From Vitrella brassicaformis CCMP3155 (Eukaryota > Protista > Chromerida), in contig CDMY01000637.1 of NCBI GenBank assembly GCA_001179505.1, positions 1 to 37,792 of the forward strand: a stretch of 37,792 nt of DNA, given 5' to 3'. The notes beneath the pieces are model-generated. The model had not been told where the DNA came from, made no database searches, and worked only from the letters and a program-made list of their open reading frames with translations. Both the position numbers and the translations under genes were made by a program. Every line of letters begins with the position of its first letter. Position 1 is the stretch's first letter. Positions 1-11,018 of the stretch are shown here, in pieces.

Positions 1-43
1 CCGCATTGACCCTGTCCGCGAGAACGCTGTGGGACTCGCCCAT
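1..43 (-). CDS. 5' end (MGESHSVLADRVNA...) of a small hypothetical gene whose remainder lies at 35935-36564
   Basis: Reverse complement gives ATG at 43 (ttcttcgtcaagATG). Bases 1-33 are identical to 36532-36564 and run in frame into MVELGMDSESQ... The gene is head-to-head with the ATG at 183. Confidence 0.65.
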   Translation of the reverse strand, partial: MGESHSVLADRVNA

Positions 44-182
44 CTTGACGAAGAACAGGAAGGATGTCCCGCGGTGGACTCGGAAAAAACTGTGAGGTTT
101 TTGCGAGCTCACTGTAAAACTCCAGTGTGGTAAAAATAATAGTACAGTCCGCAGAGGTCCGCAGAGGCCGGTTGGTCGGCGC

Positions 183-3100
183 ATGGCAAAGCCTTCATCG
201 AGAGCAGCCATGGCGGCTGCGCCCCTTCCTCGGCGCCCCTTCCTCGGCGGCCTTCCCTGTCTGGTCGCCATCTGCACAAGCTTGCTCTCTGCCCCTGCGG
301 CACCGACAGTCAGCGGCAGGCCCCTCTCTCTCGACGCCACAAGCCACCAGGCGTCGGCAGCGGGGCTCCATCCACCCCGACACACTTACGGCGGCCACCC
401 ACCGAGAAGGCGGCGGGCCCGGCGACTCGCTGACACACAGGGGGAGGAAGAGAAGGCCAACGTGATGCGAGTGGAGATGGCGCCCGACAGGCTGGTGCAC
501 ATCGAGTCGACGCCCTTTCTGCGCTTCCGGCCGACCAATGGCGACGTCGAGGAGGCCGGGAGAGAGTGGCGGAGGCAGCAGGTGACCATTGAGAATAAGG
601 AGAGCGTCCCGCTGCCCATCTACGTCACTCTGGAGGGCAAGGACAAGGGCCTCTTTGCAGTGGAGCTCAGCCCCGATGACGCGGGGCGTGGTGCACAGCT
701 GCCCGCCGCCCTCCTGCTGCAGCCAAACGCGCCACAGACGCTGCACGTGACCATGTGGAAACCACAGAAATCTGCCCGTTCTGTTGGCTTCACGGCTGTG
801 GCTGCACTGGTGGGGACGGCTTACCCGTCGGAGGGCAGCGTGTCATCCTTCTATGCCGACGAGGAGCGGCAGACTGACGGGCGGACAGTGGTGCAGGTGC
901 CATTGCTGGCCGACACGCGAGCGGCGGGCGACAAAATGGCGTTTGACGTGTCTGTGCCGGCCAGCACCTTTGTGGGCTTCACGCTGCCGGGCGAGGACTT
1001 CTCCCACGGCCACGGCATTGAGAGCATCCTGGACATCGACGTCGAGGCGACGGAGAATACCACTGCTGAGGGCAAGAACAAGGGCGAGACGGCAAATGTC
1101 GTCTTCTGGGGCGACTCGGATGTCTTCAAGGTGGGCTGGGCGAGCGACGTACGAACATATATGTGGCTCTTTACTGACTGACCCTTCTCACCCTCTCCCA
1201 TCCATACTGCCTGCGTGCATTTAGGTGTCCTTTCCCTCAGTGTCACCCATGGATGTCGACGCGAGTGATGGTGTGGGTCATGCAGACGGCCTGCACCTGG
1301 GGGTAGGGAAGACGCCAGTGCGTGTCTTCTTCGGCGGGCCGACCAAGGGCACCCACAAGGGGTGCCTGGCCGTCATCGGCAGGGCCTCCTCCGCCGCCAT
1401 CGGCTGCTTCTCGGGCACCGTGTTGGACCACGTGCACCTTCATCCCGTCATCGACGTGCCGCAGGTGACAGTGCTGCCGGACGACCCCAACGGCAAGACG
1501 CCCACCAAGACGGTCGAGCTCAAGGCCGAGCGGTCACACACGCACGAGCAGGACAGCAACGCCCGCTTTCGCGTGACCAAGTACCAGTGGCGCGTGCACC
1601 AGCACCCCAACCTCGCTGCCGACCAAACACAGCCGCCGGTGAAGGTGTGGGCGAGCGGGGAGAGGGACGGCAGCAATGTCAATGTGACGTTGGGGCTGGG
1701 CAGCCACATTGCGATGCTGACCATATGGGATAACGAGGGCAAGGCCATCACCGACTCGGCCTTGATGCACGTGGTCACCACCAGACAGATCCCCGGGCCG
1801 AAGGTGACCCCACACACGCAAACATGGGGGAGATTTCTCGCCTCATTGCGTGTTGTGTGTTGTGTGTGTGCAGATATCTCTGTATGAGCCGGTAGACAAC
1901 GGCACCACTCTGAAGAGCCTGCTCAACGCCAACCAGGGTGACTTGCCCAAGCCGGTCTTTGTGTCGTCGCCAGCGTCCGTCAAGTCCCTCCCGCCCCCAC
2001 TCGCCAGCGCCATGGCCGTCACTCCGCCCACACCCACACTCGTCAAGTACTTTGAAGTGCCCATACAGGTAGGTCAGCAGGTTGGCCGCTTATCGATCGA
2101 CCGCAGAGACAGCACACAGACGGGCGCAAGCGTGATGCCGATCGGCATCATGATGTGATGTGTGTGTGATCAGAACGCCCCCAATGGCCGGCCCTTCATC
2201 GGCGGTGAGGGCTCTACATACGACAAGGGTGTCATGGTCCGGGCGACGGCCAGAGTGCCGTGGAGGTACCTGCAGGCGGCAAGGCGCGCCTCATCCCACC
2301 GCCCGATGCAGCGGCTCATGAACCAGCAGCAGGGTGCCCTTGACGAGGAGGACGACCATGTCATCCTCAATGCGTGGGGCGGCGAGGGTGTGGTGGGCAG
2401 CGTCCGTGTGGGCGGGCACGTGCTGCTGCACAACGAGCGCGGCGAGCACAAGATCCGGGGCAACGCGTACAAGGCTGACGAGGTGGTTGACTTGGAGGTC
2501 AGGTTCGCCGTCGAGCAGCCCACTACCGCACTCAGGGTGAGAAAGGGATGCACACACACAGTCAGACAGACACTCCCATGGCTTCATCTCCCACTGTCTA
2601 TCTCTCTGTGTGTGGTGTGGTATAGCTGCTGGTCAACGGCGATCCCTTTCCCCTCTTTCGGTCTGAGTGGCTGGCCAAGCACGGCACCAGCAGCAACCAT
2701 GACTTGAAGCACCTAGCCGCCCCCGCCGCTGCCCCCTCCCTCCCCCACCTGAATCCCAATGTGCTGGTCTTCCACGACACATCGACAGCCAAGCCGTTCA
2801 TCAACAAGATCGATCCACAGGCACTCCCGCATCCGCCATCCAGACAGCCAGAGGGAGGGGGCGCCCCTACGGCCATGATCCAGGTGTATGGCAACGCGCT
2901 GCTCAAGACGGAGGCGCCCGGCAGGGGTGTGGTGGTCAAGTGGGGTGACGATGTGATCACGCCCGAGGGCGTGGCGCACGACCGGCTGACGATTGAGGTG
3001 CCGCTGAAGGGCGTGGGTGGTGGGGCGATGACCATGCAGCAGGGGGAGAGGGGGGACGTGAGGGTGGGGGTGGCGGTGAAGATCGGCGACGACGAGTCCA

Positions 3101-4176
3101 ACACAGCCACATTCACCTTCTCTGACAAACTCGCAAAGGGCAATGGTACGGTATGGTACGCCCCCGTGCACCCGCCCGTCTCTCCCACACACACATTCTA
3201 TGTGTGCTGCATGCAGATGGCCCAGGTCCGTCCAAGCCGCTGCCCAAGATAGCATGGTACCCTCCTTTCGATTTCCCCATCGAGGGCGGCCCCACCGCCG
3301 CCACGATGGGCCCCGACGGCAACCTCTACGTCGGCACCGTCTCGGGCCTCATCCATGTGGTCCAGCTGGCGCACCAGTACAACGGCCCGGACGCCGCCCC
3401 CCTCACCGTCCGGAGTCACTCCACCATCCGGGCTCTCAAGGATGTCTACGGCGACGAGCATAGCATCCTCGGCATACGAATCGACCCCTACTCGGACCCC
3501 AACGCTCCCCACCTCTACGTGGCACACGCCGACATCTACGCCAAGGGCCACGGGTGCGACCGGGTGCTCAAGGAGGGGCTGGGCTTCATCGGGCGGATCA
3601 GCAGGATCACGCTGCGGCCGGAGGGGGACGAGCAGCCGCCGGCTGTGCAGCCGGTGCTGAGCAATTTGCCGTGCAGCAATGGGGACGTGTGTGTCAACGG
3701 GATGGATTTCGACTTCAACGGGACCATGTATTGGGGCCAGGGAAGCGTCACCAACGGCGGGCCGGCCGAGTGCTTCTTCGGCATGATTGAGGAGAGCCCT
3801 CTCTCAGGAGCCATCGGCAAGGTCAGTCAGTGGCCTGTGGGTGGGTGTGGGTTTAAACATGAACACGCATACAGCTGTCTGACTGTGGGTGGTGTCATCC
3901 ATTCATCCATCGATCAGGCCGAGATAAGGCGGCCCGACTTCAACGGCTACGTCATGTACGACTACAAGGACACCGTCTACACGCGCCACAAGGGGCTGGC
4001 GGGCAAGCCGGCGCCCAACGACCAGCGCAACGCCAGTCTGTTCGACATCAGCCCCAAAACCAGAGGCGTCGACTGGCACGCCGCGGGGTTCCACAACAGC
4101 TGGGAGCCCGTTGTCACCACAAAAGGTCGATCACGACCCCACCCATCCACTCACTCACCCACCCACACAAAAGTAC

Positions 4177-4207
<31 letters not shown>

Positions 4208-6869
4208 TATGCAGGTGACATCTGGTGCTCGGCGAATGGTGCGTCTGAGGGTCTGGGTAAGCGGTTCGACAACGCAGGTGTGGACGTCTTTCGCAGCCGC
4301 GTGGCGGCCGCCCAGGCGACGGCCAAGAAGACGGGCAGGGACCCCGCCACCATCGAGTGCGGCTTGGGGTGGCCCGAATGCCAACCCAGACAAGTGCCCT
4401 CATACTCGTCCGACAGAGTGAGTCAGTGAGTGAGCTCATCGCCCGCACACTCATGTGCATCGTGGTTGGTATGTTGGTTTGCGCCTGTGTGTGTGTGGCA
4501 GATATACGGTCCTCTGACGGGCCGCACATATCACGGGTACCCCAACCCCAACAGGGCGCAGAGCGACCCCCGTCAGTGGTACTTTTACGCTGCCTCCGAC
4601 CCGCCCAATCCGGCTCGCTACCAGCAGGGCTACCACATCGACTCGTCCACCAACGGAATCACCGAGTTCAGAGGTATGGTGGCCACAACAGCCAGCCAGC
4701 CAGCCAGCCATTGTGTCTGTCGGTGTTTGCGCATCGTGCGCTTGTGTGTGGGGCATGGCTTTGCAGGTGCTTGCTTCGGCGGCCAGCTGCGAGGCGACCT
4801 CGTCGCAGCCCAATGGAACCAGAAAGTCTTTCGGTCAGAGAAGAGACACCCACCACCCAGACGGACATCTCTCTGTGTTGTATGGTGTTTTGTGTGTATC
4901 AGTGTGCATCGTACGGCGTCCGACGCAGGGGATGGCTTCGCCCCGTCGGTTGCGGTGTCTGTGTTGAGCAACCAGCTCAAGGCCCTCGGCCTGGAGTACG
5001 GCCCCGGCTGTCAGCTCTTAGGCCTGGACTTCAGCGGCAACCGGCTCACCGTGCTCACACCGAAGGAGGAGCACCACCACCACGACCATGACGCAGAGGC
5101 AGACGACGGGCATGAGCCTGTGGTACGCAGAGAGAGAGAGAGAGAGAGAGAGAGCAGGTACACTGTGTGTGGGTGTGTGGGTCTACAGGTATGGGACGTG
5201 ACGCCGTGGCGAGGGAATGTGGACCACGACCAGAGGGTGGTCATCGGCGGCAGGAGGTTCCTCTCCAACAACGGGCTGGCGAGGCCCAACGGCATCACCA
5301 TCGGCCCACTGGCGTGCATCATCACAGACATCCAGGACATCTTCATGTCGTGCGCCGTGTCGATGGACCAGCCGCCGCCCTCACCTGCCCCGCCACACAA
5401 GACCTACCCCGCAGGCACGGCCACCCACCGCACGAGCAAGGGCATCGAGGTGCCGCTTGATGCGTGGACCGACATGACTGTGACCTTCGATGACGGCACC
5501 AATGTCACACTCGAGAGGGCCTTTCTCTTTCACAAACCTTCGCCCGTCGCTGAGCCATTCGGTGTGCTGGCGGGGGGAGGGCCGTGTCTCTCTCTCTCTC
5601 TCTCTCCCCTCTATAGCAATTTTTGTGTGTGTGTGTGTTTATGCAGAGGGCGAGATTGACCATGCTGATTGCGTCTTGGACGACGTCGACTTGCCCGACT
5701 ACGACGTCAAGTGGCTCGACTTCGTGCCGTCCGTCTACCTGTGCCAGCAGGAGTGCGTCCACCAGACCGACCCCCCCTGCGACGCCTTCAGCTATGTCCA
5801 CACAGAGCCCCTCTCCGCCATGAACTGCTGGCTCAAGCACATCACCAGCGCCACACCCACAGGCACATCAGCCGACCTCTCCACCGAGAGCACTCTGCGC
5901 CGGATGGCAGACACCAGCAGCCAGCTCCGCGTGACGCCCTCTCAGTTCGTCCGCAAGGCTGGCGTCACCATGGGCCCGCGTGTGTGTGGCGAGAGCAGGC
6001 AGTGGAAGTGGCTGAGGTCCGAGGCGCTGAAGCGCCTGCAGGAGATGCCTGTGATGCAGCTGGAGGGGAGGGAGGAGGGGATGATGCATCCGGCGGGCAG
6101 CAAGCCCGACGACGGCGAGGAGAAGATCCTCCCCGACACAAACACCAACGCCGCGATGGGCTACCGCGGCATTGCCGAGCAGGGGAGCCAGCATCACGGT
6201 TTTGACAACAGCCCCCTCTCGGGCCTGCCCTTTGGCCATGCCCAGCGGGCCGACGAGTGGCCCAATGGCGAAGACGCAGCCAAGCTGGCCGTTGGCGCAT
6301 CGGACAACACCACCAAGAGCGGCAGCCCCAGCCCCAGCAGCAGCAGCAAGAGCAGCAGCAAGTGCTCCGCGAGAAATGTCTACTTCACTGGGGACATCGC
6401 CCGTGCACTTGCCGATGTGCCGTCTGCCGACGCGTGTCAGGCGGCCTGCCGCCAAATGCGTGAGTGTCTCTTCTGGACGTTCATTGTCGGCATGAGGGAG
6501 AGGGTGGGCAAACAGGCCGACAACTGCGTGTAAGCACAGGACGACGGACCACTCGAATCAACCAACCCACATGTGTCTCCATCCATCCATTCTGTGTTTC
6601 GTGTGTGTGTGCACAGGCTGAAGCACACGGCCGGCAGCGTCAAGCCCAACGCAGAGGGTGCGCTTGAGACCATCAGCGGGCCGAAGGAGTGCTCTGCAGA
6701 CACAGACACACCCACGAGGAGGCGTAACAACAACAACAACAACAACAAGGGCAAGGGGAGGGGCAAGGGGAAGGGCGGGTGGAAAGGAAAGGGCAGGCAG
6801 GGCAAGTGGATGGGCAAGGGGAAGGGCAAGTGGGTGGGCAAGGGGAAGGGCAAGACACCGGGCGGGTGA
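183..6869 (+). CDS. Large secreted or signal-anchored multidomain protein, 1862 aa: Ig-like/PKD-like, PA14-like, glucose/sorbosone-dehydrogenase-like beta-propeller, IPT/TIG, two PAN/apple domains, Lys/Gly/Trp-rich tail
   Basis: 14 exons, all GT-AG with consistent phases (5589 nt): 183-1130, 1225-1803, 1874-2068, 2174-2536, 2626-3145, 3217-3821, 3918-4125, 4215-4417, 4502-4673, 4767-4833, 4903-5122, 5189-5561, 5647-6529, 6617-6869. N-terminal hydrophobic stretch LPCLVAICTSLLSA. Propeller motifs MGPDGNLYVGT, NGMDFDFNGTMYWGQGSVTNGG, ESPLSGAI, YHGYPNPNRA. PAN patterns C..DVDL...CQQEC...CDAFSY...CWLK and CQAACRQMRECLFWTF. Domain names are from motif recognition, not a database search. Confidence 0.85.
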
Positions 6870-8060
6870 GGTGATCGGTTGGGTCGGGTGTACATATATA
6901 CATACATACATACGCATACACAGACAGACAGACAGACAGACATTCAGACAGATATTCAGACAGACAGACGGTTTGTGCGCTGTTTCTTTTCTTTCTTGTG
7001 TACTAGCTGCCTGCCTGCCTGCCTGTCTGTCTATATTGCATTGTATTGTATTGGATGGTATTATATGTATTGCCTGCGCGCAGGCGGAGCACGTAGATAT
7101 GTAGGGCCGGATACGTATGATATGTGTATCTATTTATGGACCGACACATACGTACATGAAACATGATCCTGAGACGTGAGACGTGAGACATGGATGGATG
7201 GATGGATGGAGGAAGGAAATAAACGTGCTGTGTGGGTGTGGGTGTGAGTGTGGGTGTTATCTATCTATCTGTCCGTCCGTGGCCGCACGCGCACACTCAC
7301 ATGCAGTGGATGGATGGGAGGGTGTCTATACGCGCGTTAGCGGTGTCTTCATGACTGTCCCCACTCCCCTCTCTGTTTGTCGGTCGGTTTCCCCTCTGCA
7401 GATCTGGGGTGGTGTGGTGTGGTGTGGCATCGGTCTGTGTGCAGATTAGATACAACAGCTAGGGCTAACAATATATATTGATAACCGTATTTGTGCAGGT
7501 GTGTACAGAGAGAGAGAGAGAGAGAGAGTTACGGCCTTTCGTGCGCATATGTTTGTATGTATGTTGATAAGTCGGCTGCTGCGCTGCGCCGTGCAGTGCT
7601 GCGGGCGGCTCTCTGTCGGTGTGTATCTATGTCTCGCTCTCTGATGGATGGATGGATGGCCCGCGCCATAAAACGTTACGGAAGAGGGCGTTTTTGTCAG
7701 TCAGTCAGTCAGTCGGGTCGGTCGGATCGGTCGGTCCGTTGGATACGCATCGATGGACGTGTGGATGAAGAATGAGTGAATGACTCACATTTACTAAAGA
7801 CCGGCAGACCCACGCAATACCGTGTGCGTGTCAAAGAATTGGTATGCGTTTCACAAAACTGACACGCACGAGCCACAAAACAAGTCACTCACATACACAC
7901 GTGGAGAGGCAGAAAGAGAGAGAGAGGAGAGGGACAATCCACAGAAGCCCTCAGACGGCCACACAGCAACAAGACTTCACTGAAGAGCGGGAAACACGAA
8001 AGCAGTCGGGCAGGCAGGCAGGCAGGCCGGCAGGGAGGAAGGGACAGAGCAGAGGACTCA
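6870..8060. repeat. Microsatellite-dense intergenic tract: (CATA)n, (GACA)n, (GCCT)n, (ATTGT)n, (GATG)n, (AG)n, (GTCA)n
   Basis: Visible directly, e.g. 6897-6970 cata/gaca runs, 7190-7210 gatg, 7507-7528 ag. ORFs here are low-complexity artefacts. Confidence 0.85.
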
Positions 8061-8129
8061 GCCGTGGTCTCAACAGACACACACTGGCCCATCGTCACAT
8101 CCCTCCGCCCGACCTTGAGCCTTGAGGCG

Positions 8130-9173
8130 TCACACCAGCACCGAGCGCCGATCGATGACGTCACTCTCCAGGTCGAATCGCTTCAGCACACTGAGCCACC
8201 GGGGCATCGACACGGGAAAACGCTCATCGAGGGAGGCGGACGCACCAGCAGCAGCCGACTCGGTCGTCCACAGCCCGATTTTCCCCAACCCCACCCACAG
8301 ATAGACAGCGATGGTGTCTGTGGGGCGGAAGCCGCTCACAATCACATGACGACAGTCGATCGGATCGGCTGTATTGAGGTCCCTGCCGTCACGCCGGTAG
8401 TCGGCTGTGATGCCTAGCTGCTCGGGAATTTCGCCAGCTGTCACCAGCCTCTGGGAGCGGGGGTCGTGATGGTCGGTGAATGCCCGCAGCACCTCCTTCT
8501 CTCCCACTCCCTCGTGATCAGACCACCACTTCAGAAGCATCCACATGAGGAATGCCGTGAAGGATGGGAAGAGCCAGGCCTCATAGCGGATGACGGGATC
8601 GCTGTCCGTGTATGTGCTGCGGTAGGGATGATCGGCCGGCAGCTCATCCAACGGCACCACACGGAACACCTTATTGCCGATCCGATAGGCACCGTTGGCA
8701 GCTCGCTGCAGCTCCAGGCTGGTCCCCCGGTGGCTGAGCAAGTGGCCGAATGTGCTGTAGATGGCTATTGTGAGGGGCAGCTCATCGAATGCCGAAGTGG
8801 TGGGCAGCGAATCGGCCGACAGCATGAGGGGCCGCGTCGCATTGGGGGTGAGCTGGTGGATGAAGACCAGGGGGATGAAGGCCTTGATCATCTTCCAGTG
8901 GCCGCTGCATCGTTCCAGCACATGGGCCGTCTTGAGGGCCCCCGCCACGTCCGGAATGTCGAAGGCCAAGAGGTCATGAAGATCCTCGGGGTAAATGGCC
9001 CGCTCGATGCGCTGTTGCAGGACGGCCGGCAGGGTGACGCCTCTGGGGATCTCTGTGGGCGGCTGCTTGTCGATCTGTGTGACGAGTGCCGGCCGCCTGG
9101 AGGGGTCATCGAGCATGTGAGAGGCCTTCTTGAGTGAGAGGGCCCACAGAGAGGGAACAGAGTCAGACGCCAT
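8130..9173 (-). CDS. Intronless 347-aa member of a lineage-specific uncharacterised family (copy A, intact)
   Basis: ATG-to-stop ORF. Shares blocks with 27747-28885 and 24960-27207: AIYSTFGHLL, YRIGNKVFRVVP.DELPADHPYRSTY..SDPVIR, FPSFTAFL, ADPID.R.VIVSGFRPTDT.A, GLWTTES, LDERFPVSMP. Confidence 0.8.
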   Translation of the reverse strand: MASDSVPSLWALSLKKASHMLDDPSRRPALVTQIDKQPPTEIPRGVTLPAVLQQRIERAIYPEDLHDLLAFDIPDVAGALKTAHVLERCSGHWKMIKAFIPLVFIHQLTPNATRPLMLSADSLPTTSAFDELPLTIAIYSTFGHLLSHRGTSLELQRAANGAYRIGNKVFRVVPLDELPADHPYRSTYTDSDPVIRYEAWLFPSFTAFLMWMLLKWWSDHEGVGEKEVLRAFTDHHDPRSQRLVTAGEIPEQLGITADYRRDGRDLNTADPIDCRHVIVSGFRPTDTIAVYLWVGLGKIGLWTTESAAAGASASLDERFPVSMPRWLSVLKRFDLESDVIDRRSVLV

Positions 9174-9629
9174 GAGTGAGATCTAGAATGAACGACACAG
9201 AATGGCATGCAAACGGGATGTGTGAGCGCCTCGTCTGCCTCCTTACGTGTGCTGGTGACGATTCAACGGCCGTGCAGCGGCTGTCAATGGGGAAGCGATA
9301 CAGTGGGGCAGGTGACAAATCGAACCTGCCGCCTGCACACATCCGTGTGAACAAATGAACACACTCAATCGGCGCGTGAGTGGTCTGTCGCTCACCCGAC
9401 GTCGGTCAGTCAGTGATGGCGTGTGAGTGGCGGTGCAGACGACGGGTACACACAACACGAGATATGCAGTCAAAATCAAGAGACTGACAGACAGGCAGAT
9501 GAGGAGCAGATTAAAGGCATTTTCATCAATCAGGTGTTCGTGTGATTCCTTTCGCGAGCTGAGAAGCTCGCATTGCCTGGCCGAAAAACCTGGCCGTACG
9601 TACTTCCGTTGTCAGACCCTCATCGTGAG

Positions 9630-10512
9630 ATACTGAAGAGGAGAGGTACGCCGGCGGTACACAGTGAAGATGTGCACTGGAATGCATGGCCTCGCACATC
9701 TGGCTGCCCGGGTGAGAGCGCCATGAGACCTGCAGGTCGGTCTCCATGGCCAGATGTGTGTGCGCATCCCTCCGTTTCTTTAGTGTGCAGGACGGCCGGC
9801 CTGATCACATGAAGAGGAAATGTTTCACCGAAGCACAACACATCGATGTATCCACAGCACTTCACGCAGCCCATCACGTTGCATCCCTCCCTCCCTCCCT
9901 CTCTCCCTCCCTTGTGCTGTCTGTGTGTGTCGTGCAGAGGAGTGTGGATGGCCTGCATGTCGCTGTCAACACATTGTGACCAGCTCATGCATGCAACTTG
10001 GTGGGCAGCCATGTGCACGTGGGCACGGACGCATCCTATTGGCGGATGACGTCTGTGTGTCTGCCACGACCCACAGGATCATGAGCTTCGGCTGCCGACG
10101 GCTGGCGTGCTGCTCAACGGCATCGTATTCATCTTCGACCGGTACGCATGGGAGGCGGGGAGGGGAGAGGGGCATGGTGTGCTGTGTGTGGTGTGTGTTG
10201 GTGCGCTGCAGTCGGTGTGAGTGTCTGGAGGCCGGCCTCCTCGACTGCCTCTACAAACTACGCCAGCCTACACACCATCGCAGCACACACGGCGATGTAC
10301 GCCACCCCCTTCCCTCTGTGTTGTGTCCGTCCATCACATCAGTTGAAGACGGCGAGTCAGAGTGCGGCCCGCCCCTGGCCGATGGCGATGAGGGCGGCGA
10401 CGGCCTCCAACCCTTCGGCGGAATGAAACTTTGGCAACCGCCCGAGCAGCCGGTGTCTGACTTGTTCAGCCTGACGCACAAGACGCCCAATGTGGGCGTG
10501 TGCACCGACTGA
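9630..10512 (+). pseudogene. Possible decayed intron-containing gene fragment
   Basis: Typical intron-like segments (9736-9790, 9848-9937, about 10141-10210) separate coding-looking pieces (HELRLPTAGVLLNGIVFIFDR / RCECLEAGLLDCLYKLRQ). No phase-consistent full ORF could be built. Confidence 0.25.
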
Positions 10513-11018
10513 CATGAATATGGATGCCTTCTGGCGTTTGATGCTTGACGCCATTCAGAGGGCGGGATGCAGAATGTGAAGACACCACTCACTGACCCAC
10601 TCACTCAACTGGCTGTGTCATAGTGTCGAATTAAGTGGGGACGTGTGCCATGTGTGCAAGTCTCCCACAGCCACAGAAGTGAATGAATTGAGCATACACA
10701 CCTACCTACACGTACAGTAAACGCACTCGTTCGTCCGCTCACTCACGCCAATCAACGAACGACACACGAAAAGAACCAAGGGAACGAAGGGATTAGAAGC
10801 AAGGAAAGAAGGAAAGAAGAATGAACTACAAGAGAAGACAGCACGCTCCCCCTCACTCACCACACGCCCACGAGGGACAAAGAGAGACACACACATGACG
10901 CCCACACGCACCGCTCCACTCACTGCTCCCATCTGTCACAAATACAATCCATCCATTCCCCCCACCATCACAGCACGGCACAGCACAGCCACGAACATGC
11001 ACCCGGCTATCTAATTTC

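Noticed and set aside
195-6455. Long antisense and alternate-frame ORFs over the first gene (e.g. 195-746, 2598-3194, 5868-6455)
   Set aside because: Shadow ORFs of GC-rich coding sequence; no independent motifs.
6437-8060. ORFs rich in CV/TH/DR repeats
   Set aside because: Translations of microsatellites.
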